The translations under genes and the position numbers were made by a program. A DNA stretch of 64,000 bases, taken from positions 1 through 64,000 of the forward strand of contig JBHGNT010000042.1 of NCBI GenBank assembly GCA_043228905.1, in the 5' to 3' direction. Each line of letters opens with the position of its first letter. The stretch's first letter is position 1. Of the stretch, positions 12,601 through 24,900 are shown piece by piece. The DNA comes from Azolla caroliniana (taxonomy: Eukaryota; Plantae; Polypodiophyta). Below the pieces are notes generated by a model. The model was given only the letters and a program-made list of their open reading frames with translations, ran no database searches and was not told the origin of the DNA.

Positions 12601-15600
12601 GAAGTGGAGAAGAGCGCGTTAGTAAATTAAAATGTTCATACCTGGCTCGTGTCATATCGGATTTCTGTGTTCAAACATGCGAATCGAAGCTAACAACGCT
12701 ATCTCTAATATGGAATGAAAAAATCAAGATTTTGAAACTCAGGTCCAGAGACATGAAGAAATTAGCAAATTTGAGGAGGAAGTTGAGAAGAGCGAGTCAG
12801 TAAATTAAAATGTTCATACCTGGCTCGTGTGATATCGGATTTCTCTGTTCAAACATGCGAATCGAAGCTAACAACGCTAGCTATGATATGGAATTAAAAA
12901 ATCAAGATTTTGAAACTCAGGTCAAGAGACATGAAGAAATTAGCAAATTTGAGGAGGTAGTGGAGAAGAGCGCGTTAGTAAATTAAAGTGTTCATACCTG
13001 GCTCGTGTGATATCGGATTTCTGTGTTCAAACATGCGAATCGAAGCTAACAACGCTAGCTCTAATATGGAATTAAAAAATCAAGATTTTGAAACTCAGGT
13101 CGAGAGACATGAAGAAATTAGCAAATTTGAGGAGGTAGTGGAGAAGATCGCGTTTTTAAATTAAAATGTTCATACCTGGCTCGTGTGATATCTGATTTCT
13201 GTGTTCAAACATGCGAATCGAAGCTAACAACGCTATCTCTAATATGGAATTAAAAAATCAAGATTTTGAAACTCAGGTCGAGAGACATGAAGAAATTAGC
13301 AAATTTGAGGAGGTAGTGGAGAAGATCGCGTTTGTAAATTAAAATGTTCATACCTGGCTCGTGTGATATCGGATTTCTGTGTTCAAACATGCGAATCGAA
13401 GCTAACAATGCTAGCTCTAATATTGAATTAAAAAATCAAGATTTTAAAACTCAGCTCGAGAGACATGAATAAATTAGCGAATTTGAGGAGGTAGTGGAGA
13501 AGAGCGTGTTAGTAAATTAAAATGTTCATACCTGGCTCGTGTGATATCGGATTTCTGTGTTCAAACATGCGAATCAAACCTAACAACGCTAGCTCTAATA
13601 TGGAATTCAAAAATCAAGATTTTGAAACTCAGGTCCAGAGACATGAAGAAATTAGCAAATTTGAGGAGGAAGTGGAGAAGAGCGCGTTAGTAAATTAAAA
13701 TGTTCATACCTGGCTCGTGTGATATCGGATTTCTGTGTTCAAACATGCGAATCGAAGCTAACAACGCTATCTCTAATATGGAATTAAAAAATCAAGATTT
13801 TGAAACTCAGGTCAAGAGACATGAAGAAATTAGCAAATTTGAGGAGGTAGTGGAGAAGAGCGCGTTAGTAAATTAAAATGTTCATACCTGGCTCGTGTGA
13901 TATCGGATTTCTGTGTTCAAACATGCGAATCGAAGCTAACAACGCTATCTCTAATATGGAATTAAAAAATCAAGATTTTGAAACTCAGGTCGAGAGACAT
14001 GAAGAAATTAGCAAATTTGAGGAGGAAGTGGAGAAGATCGCGTTTGTAAATTAAAATGTTCATACCTGGCTCGTGTGATATCGGATTTCTGTGTTCAAAC
14101 ATGCGAATCGAAGCTAACAACGCTAGCTCTAATATGGAATTAAAAAATCAAGATTTTGAAACTCAGGTCGAGAGACATGAAGAAATTAGCAAATTTGAGG
14201 ATGTAGTGAAGAAGAGCCTGTTAGTAAATTAAAATGTTCATACCTGGCTCGTGTGATATCGGATTTTTGTGTTTAAATATGCGAATCGAAGCTAACAACG
14301 CTAGCTATGATATGGAATTAAAAAATCAAGATTTTGAAACTCAGATCGAGAGACATGAACAAATTTGCAAATTTGAGGAGGTAGTGGAGAAGATCGCGTT
14401 TGTAAATTAAAATGTTCATACCTGGCTCGTGTGATATCGGATTTCTGTGTTCAAACATGCGAATCGAAGCTAACAACGCTAGCTCTAATATTGAATTAAA
14501 AAATCAAGATTTTGAAACTCAGGTCAAGAGACATGAATAAATTAGCGAATTTGAGGAGGTAGTGGAGAAGAGCGCGTTAGTAAATTAAAATGTTCATACC
14601 TGGCTCGTGTGATATCGGATTTCTGTGTTCAAACATGCGAATCAAACCTAACAACGCTAGCTCTAATATGGAATTCAAAAATCAAGATTTTGAAACTCAG
14701 GTCCAGAGACATGAAGAAATTAGCAAATTTGAGGAGGAAGTGGAGAAGAGCGCGTTAGTAAATTAAAATGTTCATACCTGGCTCGTGTGATATCGGATTT
14801 CTGTGTTCAAACATGCGAATCGAAGCTAACAACGCTATCTCTAATATGGAATTAAAAAATCAAGATTTTGAAACTCAGGTCCAGAGACATGAAGAAATTA
14901 GCAAATTTGAGGAGGAAGTGGAGAAGAGCGCGTTAGTAAATGAAAATGTTCATACCTGGCTCGTGTGATATCGGATTTCTGTGTTCAAACGTGCGAATCG
15001 AAGCTAACAACGCTATCTCTAATATGGAATTAAAAAATCAAGATTTTGAAACTCAGGTCGAGAGACATGAAGAAATTAGCAAATTTGAGGAGGTAGTGGA
15101 GAAGATCGCGTTTGTAAATTAAAATGTTCATACCTGGCTCGTGTGATATCGGATTTCTGTGTTCAAACATGCGAATCGAAACTAAAACGCTAGCTCTAAT
15201 ATGGAATTAAAAAATCAAGATTTTGAAACTCAGGTCGAGAGACATGAAGAAATTAGCAAATTTGAGGAGGTAGTGAAGAAGAGCGGGTCAGTAAATTAAA
15301 ATGTTCATACCTGGCTCGAGTGATATCGGATTTCGGTGTTCAAACATGCGAATCGAAGCTAACAACGCTAGCTATGATACGGAATTACAAAATCAAGATT
15401 TTAAAACTCAGCTCGAGAGACATGAATAAATTAGCGAATTTGAGGAGGTAGTGGAGAAGAGCGCGTTAGTAAATTAAAATGTTCATACCTGGCTCGTGTG
15501 ATATCGGATTTCTGTGTTCAAACATGCGAATCAAACCTAACAACGCTAGCTCTAATATGGAATTCAAAAATCAAGATTTTGAAACTCAGGTCCAGAGACA

Positions 15601-16368
15601 TGAAGAAATTAGCAAATTTGAGGAGGAAGTGGAGAAGAGCGTGTTAGTAAATTAAAATGTTCATACCTGGCTCGTGTGATATCGGATTTCTGTGTTCAAA
15701 CATGCGAATCGAAGCTAACAACGCTATCTCTAATATGGAATTAAAAAATCAAGATTTTGAAACTCAGGTCCAGAGACATGAAGAAATTAGCAAATTTGAG
15801 GAGGAAGTGGAGAAGAGCGCGTTAGTAAATGAAAATGTTCATACCTGGCTCGTGTGATATCGGATTTCTGTGTTCAAACATGCGAATCGAAGCTAACAAC
15901 GCTATCTCTAATATGGAATTAAAAAATCAAGATTTTGAAACTCAGGTCGACAGACATGAAGAAATTAGCAAATTTGAGGAGGAAGTGGAGAAGAGCGCGT
16001 TAGTAAATTAAAATGTTCATACCTGGCTCGTGTGATATCGGATTTCTGTGTTCAAACATGCGAATCGAAGCTAACAACGCTATCTCTAATATGGAATTAA
16101 AAAATCAAGATTTTGAAACTCAGGTCCAGAGACATGAAGAAATTAGCAAATTTGAGGAGGAAGTGGAGAAGAGCGCGTTAGTAAATTAAAATGTTCATAC
16201 CTGGCTCGTGTGATATCGGATTTCTGTGTTCAAACATGCGAATCGAAGCTAACAACGCTATCTCTAATATGGAATTAAAAAATCAACATTTTGAAACTCA
16301 GGTCCTGAGACATGAAAAAATTAGCAAATTTGAGAAGGAAGTGGAGAAGAGCGCGTTAGTAAATTAAA

Positions 16369-16460
16369 ATGTTCATACCTGGCTCGTGTGATATCGGATT
16401 TCCGTGTTCAAACATGCGAATTAGAGGAGGTAGTGGAGAAGATCGCGTTTGTAAATTAAA
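16369..16460. repeat. 92-bp monomer (86-bp internal deletion), single copy
   Basis: AACATGCGAAT is joined directly to TAGAGGAGGTAG; ATG-to-ATG distance is 92. Confidence 0.92.
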
Positions 16461-19308
16461 ATGTTCATACCGGGCTCGTGTGATATCGGATTTCTGTGTT
16501 CAAACATGCGAATCGAAGATAACAACGCTAGCTCTAATATGGAATTAAAAAATCAATATTTTGAAACTCAGGTCGAGAGACATGAAGAAATTAGCAAATT
16601 TGAGGAGGTAGTGAAGAAGAGCTCGTTAGTAAATTAAAATGTTCATACCTGGCTCGTGTGATATCGGATTTCGGTGTTCAGACATGCGAATCGAAGCTAA
16701 CAACGCTAGCTCTAATATTGAATTAAAAAATCAAGATATTGAAACTCAGGTCGAGAGACATGAAGAAATTAGCAAATTTGAGGAGGTAGTGGAGAAGATC
16801 GCGTTTGTAAATTAAAATGTTCATACCTGGGTCGTTTGATATCGGATTTCTGTGTTCAAATATGCGACTCGAAGCTAACAACGCTAGCTCTAATATGGAA
16901 TTACAAAATCAAGATTTTGAAACTCAGGTCGAGAGACATGAACAAATTAGCATATTTGAGGAGGAAGTTGAGAAGAGCGAGTCAGTAAATTAAAATGTTC
17001 ATACCTGTCTCGTGTGATATCGGATTTCTGTGTTCAAACATGCGAATCGAAGCTAACAACGCTAGCTCTAATATTGAATTAAAAAATCAAGATTTTGAAA
17101 CTCAGGTCAAGAGACATGAAGAAATTAGCAAATTTGAGGAGGTAGTGGAGAAGATCGCGTTTGTAAATTAAAATGTTCATACCTGGCTCGTGTGATATCG
17201 AATTTCTGTGTTCAAACATGCGAATCAAAGCTAACAACGCTAGCTCTAATATGGAATCGAAAAAACAAGATTTTGAAACTCAGGTCCAGAGACATGAAGA
17301 AATTAGCAAATTTGAGGAGGAAGTGGAGAAGAGCGCGTTAGTAAATTAAAATGTTCATACCTGGCTCGTGTGATATCGGATTTCTGTGTTCAAACATGCG
17401 AATCGAAGCTAACAACGCTAGCTCTAATATGGAATTCAAAAATCAAAATTTTGAAACTCAGGTCGAGAGACATGAAGAAATTAGGATATTTGAGGAGGAA
17501 GTTGAGAAGAGCGAGTCAGTAAATTAAAATGTTCATACCTGGCTCGTGTGATATCGGATTTCGGTGTTCAAACATGCGAATCGAAGCTAACAACGCAAGC
17601 TCTAATATTGAATTAAAAAATCAAGATTTTGAAACTCAGGTCGAGAGACATGAACAAATTAGCATATTTGAGGAGGAAGTTGAGAAGAGCGCGTTAGTAA
17701 ATTAAAATGTTCATACCTGGCTCGTGTGATATCGGATTTCTGTGTTCAAACATGCGAATCGAAGCTAACAATGCTATCTCTAATATGGAATTAAAAAATC
17801 AAGATTTTGAAACTCAGGTCGAGAGACATGAACAAATTAGCATATTTGAGGAGGAAGTTGAGAAGAGCGCGTTAGTAAATTAAAATGTTCATACCTGGCT
17901 CGTGTGATATCGGATTTCTGTGTTCAAACATGCGAATCGAAGCTAACAATGCTATCTCTAATATGGAATTAAAAAATCAAGATTTTGAAACTCAGGTCCA
18001 GAGACATGAAGAAATTAGCAAATTTGAGGAGGAAGTGGAGAAGAGCGCGTTTGTAAATTAAAATGTTCATACCTGGCTCGTGTGATATCGGATTTCTGTG
18101 TTCAAACATGCGAATCGAAGCTAACAACGCTATCTCTAATATGGAATTAAAAAATCAAGATTTTGAAACTCAGGTCGAGAGACATGAAGAAATTAGCAAA
18201 TTTGAGGAGGTAGTGGAGAAGATCGCGTTTGTAAATTAAAATGTTCATACCTGGCTCGTGTGATATCGGATTTCTATGTTCAAACATGCGAATCGAAGCT
18301 AACAACGCTAGCTCTAATATTTAATTAAAAAATCAAGATTTTGAAACTCAGGTCGAGAGACATGAAGAAATTAGCAAATTTGAGGAGGTAGTGGAGAAGA
18401 TCGCGTTTGTAAATTAAAATGTTTATACCTGGCTCGTTTGATATCGGATTTCTATGTTCAAACATGCGACTCGAAGCTAACAACGCTAGCTCTAATATGG
18501 AATTAAAAAATCAAGATTTTGAAACTCAGGTCGAGAGACATGACGAAATTAGCATATTTGAGGAGGAAGTTGAGAAGAACGAGTCAGTAAATTAAAATGT
18601 TCATACCTGGCTCGTGTGATATCGGATTTCGGTGTTCAAACATGCGAATCGAAGCTAACAACGCTAGCTATGATATGGAATTACAAAATCAAGATTTTAA
18701 AACTCAGCTCGAGAGACATGAATAAATTAGCGAATTTGAGGAGGTAGTAGAGAAGAGCGCGTTAGTAAATTAAAATGTTCATACCTGGCTCGTGTGATAT
18801 CGGATTTCTGTTTTCAAACATGCGAATCGAAGCTAACAACGCTAGCTATGATATGGAATTAAAAAATCAAGATTTTGAAACTCAGGTCGAGAGACATGAA
18901 GAAATTAGCAAATTTGAGGAGGTAGTGGAGAAGATCGCGTTTGTAAATTAAAATGTTCATACCTGGATCGTGTGATATCGAATTTCTGTGTTCAAACATG
19001 CGAATCAAAGCTAACAACGCTAGCTCTAATATGGAATCGAAAAAACAAGATTTTGAAACTCAGGTCCAGAGACATGAAGAAATTAGCAAATTTGAGGAGA
19101 AAGTGGAGAAGAGCGCGTTAGTAAATTAAAATGTTCATACCTGGCTCGTGTGATATCGGATTTCTGTGTTCAAACATGCGAATCGAAGCTAACAACGCTA
19201 GCTCTAATATGGAATTAAAAAATCAAGATTTTGAAACTCAGGTCGAGAGACATGAAGAAATTAGCATATTTGAGGAGGAAGTTGAGAAGAGCGAGTCAGT
19301 AAATTAAA

Positions 19309-19524
19309 ATGTTCATACCTGGCTCGTGTGATATCGGATTTCGGTGTTCAAACATGCGAATCGAAGCTAACAACGCTAGCTATGATATAGAATTACAAAA
19401 TCAAGATTTTAAAACTCAGCTCGAGAGACATTAAAAAATCAAGATTTTGAAACTCAGGTCCAGAGACATGAAGAAATTAGCAAATTTGAGGAGGTAGTGG
19501 AGAAGAGCGCGTTAGTAAATGAAA
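19309..19524. repeat. 216-bp monomer (38-bp internal duplication), single copy
   Basis: ...CAGCTCGAGAGACATTAAAAAATCAAGATTTTGAAACTCAGGTCCAGAGACATG; ATG-to-ATG distance is 216. Confidence 0.92.
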
Positions 19525-21406
19525 ATGTTCATACCTGGCTCGTGTGATATCGGATTTCTGTGTTCAAACATGCGAATCGAAGCTAACAACGCTATCTCTA
19601 ATAAGGAATTAAAAAATCAAGATTTTGAAACTCAGGTCGAGAGACATGAAGAAATTAGCAAATTTGAGGAGGAAGTGGAGAAGAGCGCGTTAGTAAATTA
19701 AAATGTTCATACCTGGCTCGTGTGATATCGGATTTCTGTGTTCAAACATGCGAATCGAAGCTAACAACGCTATCTCTAATATGGAATTAAAAAATCAAGA
19801 TTTTGAAACTCAGGTCGAGAGACATGAAGAAATTAGCAAATTTGAGGAGGAAGTGGAGAAGAGCGCGTTAGTAAATGAAAATGTTCATACCTAGCTCGTG
19901 TGATATCGGATTTCTGTGTTCAAACATGCGAATCGAAGCTAACAACGCTATCTCTAATATTGAATTAAAAAATCAAGATTTTGAAACTCAGGTCGAGAGA
20001 CATGAAGAAATTAGCAAATTTGAGGAGGTAGTGGAGAAGATCGCGTTTGTAAATTAAAATGTTCATACCCGGCTCGTGTGATATCGGATTTCTGTGTTCA
20101 AACATGCGAATCGAAGCTAACAACGCTAGCTCTAATATGGAATTAAAAAATCAAGATTTTGAAACTCAGGTCGAGAGACATGAAGAAATTTGCAAATTTG
20201 AGGAGGTAGTGGAGAAGAGTGCGTTGGTAAATTAAAATGTTCATACCTGGCTCTTGTGATATCGGATTTCTGTGTTCAAACATGCGAATCGAAGCTAACA
20301 ACGCTATCTCTAATATGGAATTAAAAAATCAAGATTTTGAAACTCAGGTCGAGAGACATGAAGAAATTAGCAAATTTGAGGAGGTAGTGGAGAAGATCGC
20401 GTTTGTAAATTAAAATGTTCATACCTAGCTCGTGTGATATCGGATTTCTGTGTTCAAACATGCGAATCGAAGCTAACAACGCTAGCTCTAATATGGAATT
20501 AAAAAATCAAGATTTTGAAACTCAGGTCGAGAGACATGAACAAATTAGCAAATTTGAGGAGGTAGTGAAGAAGAGCCTGTTAGTAAATTAAAATGTTCAT
20601 ACCTGGCTCGTGTGATATCGGATTTTTGTGTTTAAACATGCGAATCGAAGCTAACAACGCTAGCTATGATATGGAATTAAAAAATCAAGATTTTGAAACT
20701 CAGGTCGAGAGACATGAAGAAATTTGCAAATTTGAGGAGGTAGTGGAGAAGAGCGCGTTAGTAAATTATAATATGGAATCGAAAAAACAAGATTTTGAAA
20801 CTCAGGTCCAGAGACATGAAGAAATTAGCAAATTTGAGGAGGAAGTGGAGAAGATCACGTTTGTAAATTAAAATGTTCATACCTGGCTCGTGTGATATCG
20901 GATTTCTGTGTTCAAACATGCGAATCGAAGCTAACAACGCTAGCTCTAATATTGAATTAAAAAATCAAGATTTTGAAACTCAGGTCGAGAGACATGAAGA
21001 AATCAGCATATTTGAGGAGGAAGTTGAGAAGAGCGAGTCAGTAAATTAAAATGTTCATACCTTGCTCGGGTGATATCGGATTTCGGTGTTCAAACATGCG
21101 AATCGAAGCTAACAACGCTAGCTCTAATATGGAATTAAAAAATCAAGATTTTGAAACTCAGGTCGAGAGACATGAAGAAATTAGCATATTTGAGGAGGAA
21201 GTTGAGAAGAACGAGTCAGTAAATTAAAATGTTCATACCTGGCTCGTGTGATATCGGATTTCTGTGTTCAAACATGCGAATCGAAGCTAACAACGCTAGC
21301 TCTAATATTGAATTAAAAAATCAAGATTTTGAAACTCAGGTCAAGAGACATGAAGAAATTAGCAAATTTGAGGAGGAAGTGGAGAAGAGCGAGTCAGTAA
21401 ATTAAA

Positions 21407-21563
21407 ATGTTCATACCTTGCTCGTTTGATATCGGATTTCTGTGTTCAAACGCTAGCTCTAATATGGAATTAAAAAATCAAGATTTTGAAACTCAGGTCG
21501 AGAGACATGAAGAAATTAGCATATTTGAGGAGGAAGTTGAGAAGAACGAGTCAGTAAATTAAA
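21407..21563. repeat. 157-bp monomer (21-bp deletion); copies at 21407, 23507, 32856, 34956
   Basis: TGTTCAAAC is joined to GCTAGC; AAC is present at both deletion ends. Confidence 0.93.
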
Positions 21564-21741
21564 ATGTTCATACCTGGCTCGTGTGATATCGGATTTCGGT
21601 GTTCAAACATGCGAATCGAAGCTAACAACGCTAGCTATGATATGGAATTACAAAATCAAGATTTTAAAACTCAGCTCGAGAGACATTAATAAATTAGCAA
21701 ATTTGAGGAGGTAGTGGAGAAGAGCGCGTTAGTAAATTAAA

Positions 21742-21904
21742 ATGTTCATACCTGGCTCGTGTGATATCGGATTTCTGTGTTCAAACATGCGAATCCAACC
21801 TAACAACGCTAGCTCTAATATGGAATTCAAAAATCAAGATTTCGAAACTCAGGTCCAGAGACATGAAAATTAAAATGTTGAGAAGAACGAGTCAGTAAAT
21901 TAAC
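21742..21904. repeat. 163-bp monomer with complex deletion/insertion; copies at 21742, 23842, 33191, 35291
   Basis: GACATGAAAATTAAAATGTTGAGAAGAACGAG replaces GACATGAAGAAATTAGCATATTTGAGGAGGAAGTTGAGAAG (net -15 bp). Confidence 0.92.
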
Positions 21905-24900
21905 ATGTTCATACCTGGCTCGTGTGATATCGGATTTCTGTGTTCAAACATGCGAATCGAAGCTAACAACGCTATCTCTAATATGGAATTAAAAAATCAA
22001 GATTTTGAAACTCAGGTCGAGAGACATGAAGAAATTAGCAAATTTGAGGAGGTAGTGGAGAAGATCGCGTTTGTAAATTAAAATGTTCATACCTGGCTCG
22101 TGTGATATCGGATTTCTATGTTCAAACATGCGAATCGAAGCTAACAACGCTAGCTCTAATATTTAATTAAAAAATCAAGATTTTGAAACTCAGGTCGAGA
22201 GACATGAAGAAATTAGCAAATTTGAGGAGGTAGTGGAGAAGATCGCGTTTGTAAATTAAAATGTTTATACCTGGCTCGTTTGATATCGGATTTCTATGTT
22301 CAAACATGCGACTCCAAGCTAACAACGCTAGCTCTAATATGGAATTAAAAAATCAAGATTTTGAAACTCAGGTCGAGAGACATGACGAAATTAGCATATT
22401 TGAGGAGGAAGTTGAGAAGAACGAGTCAGTAAATAAAAATGTTCATACCTGGCTCGTGTGATATCGGATTTCGGTGTTCAAACATGCGAATCGAAGCTAA
22501 CAACGCTAGCTATGATATGGAATTACAAAATCAAGATTTTAAAACTCAGCTCGAGAGACATGAATAAATTAGCGAATTTGAGGAGGTAGTGGAGAAGAGC
22601 GCGTTAGTAAATTAAAATGTTCATCCCTGGCTCGTGTGATATCAGATTTCTGTTTTCAAACATGCGAATCGAAGCTAACAACGCTAGCTATGATATGGAA
22701 TTAAAAAATCAAGATTTTGAAACTCAGGTCGAGAGACATGAAGAAATTAGCAAATTTGAGGAGGTAGTGGAGAAGATCGCGTTTGTAAATTAAAATGTTC
22801 ATACCTGGCTCGTGTGATATCGGATTTCTGTGTTCAAACATGCGAATCGAAGCTAACAACGGTAGCTCTAATATTAAATTAAAAAATCAAGATTTTGAAA
22901 CTCAGGTCAGGAGACATGAAGAAATTAGCAAATTTGAGGAGGTAGTGGAGAAGAGCGCGTTCGTAAATGAAAATGTTCATACCTGGCTCGTGTGATATCG
23001 GATTTCTGTGTTCAACCATGCGAATCGAAGCTAACAACGCTATCTCTAATAAGGAATTAAAAAATCAAGATTTTGAAACTCAGGTCGAGAGACATGAAGA
23101 AATTAGCAAATTTGAGGAGGAAGTGGAGAAGAGCGCGTTAGTAAATTAAAATGTTCATACCTGGCTCGTGTGATATCGGATTTCTGTGTTCAAACATGCG
23201 AATCGAAGCTAACAACGCTAGCTCTAATATGGAATTAAAAAATCAAGATTTTGAAACTCAGGTCGAGAGACATGAAGAAATTAGCATATTTGAGGAGGAA
23301 GTTGAGAAGAACGAGTCAGTAAATTAAAATGTTCATACCTGGCTCGTGTGATATCGGATTTCTGTGTTCAAACATGCGAATCGAAGCTAACAACGCTAGC
23401 TCTAATATTGAATTAAAAAATCAAGATTTTGAAACTCAGGTCAAGAGACATGAAGAAATTAGCAAATTTGAGGAGGAAGTGGAGAAGAGCGAGTCAGTAA
23501 ATTAAAATGTTCATACCTTGCTCGTTTGATATCGGATTTCTGTGTTCAAACGCTAGCTCTAATATGGAATTAAAAAATCAAGATTTTGAAACTCAGGTCG
23601 AGAGACATGAAGAAATTAGCATATTTGAGGAGGAAGTTGAGAAGAACGAGTCAGTAAATTAAAATGTTCATACCTGGCTCGTGTGATATCGGATTTCGGT
23701 GTTCAAACATGCGAATCGAAGCTAACAACGCTAGCTATGATATGGAATTACAAAATCAAGATTTTAAAACTCAGCTCGAGAGACATTAATAAATTAGCAA
23801 ATTTGAGGAGGTAGTGGAGAAGAGCGCGTTAGTAAATTAAAATGTTCATACCTGGCTCGTGTGATATCGGATTTCTGTGTTCAAACATGCGAATCCAACC
23901 TAACAACGCTAGCTCTAATATGGAATTCAAAAATCAAGATTTCGAAACTCAGGTCCAGAGACATGAAAATTAAAATGTTGAGAAGAACGAGTCAGTAAAT
24001 TAACATGTTCATACCTGGCTCGTGTGATATCGGATTTCTGTGTTCAAACATGCGAATCGAAGCTAACAACGCTATCTCTAATATGGAATTAAAAAATCAA
24101 GATTTTGAAACTCAGGTCGAGAGACATGAAGAAATTAGCAAATTTGAGGAGGTAGTGGAGAAGATCGCGTTTGTAAATTAAAATGTTCATACCTGGCTCG
24201 TGTGATATCGGATTTCTATGTTCAAACATGCGAATCGAAGCTAACAACGCTAGCTCTAATATTTAATTAAAAAATCAAGATTTTGAAACTCAGGTCGAGA
24301 GACATGAAGAAATTAGCAAATTTGAGGAGGTAGTGGAGAAGATCGCGTTTGTAAATTAAAATGTTTATACCTGGCTCGTTTGATATCGGATTTCTATGTT
24401 CAAACATGCGACTCAAAGCTAACAACGCTAGCTCTAATATGGAATTAAAAAATCAAGATTTTGAAACTCAGGTCGAGAGACATGACGAAATTAGCATATT
24501 TGAGGAGGAAGTTGAGAAGAACGAGTCAGTAAATTAAAATGTTCATACCTGGCTCGTGTGATATCGGATTTCGGTGTTCAAACATGCGAATCGAAGCTAA
24601 CAACGCTAGCTATGATATGGAATTACAAAATCAAGATTTTAAAACTCAGCTCGAGAGACATGAATAAATTAGCGAATTTGAGGAGGTAGTGGAGAAGAGC
24701 GCGTTAGTAAATTAAAATGTTCATCCCTGGCTCGTGTGATATCAGATTTCTGTTTTCAAACATGCGAATCGAAGCTAACAACGCTAGCTATGATATGGAA
24801 TTAAAAAATCAAGATTTTGAAACTCAGGTCGAGAGACATGAAGAAATTAGCAAATTTGAGGAGGTAGTGGAGAAGATCGCGTTTGTAAATTAAAATGTTC

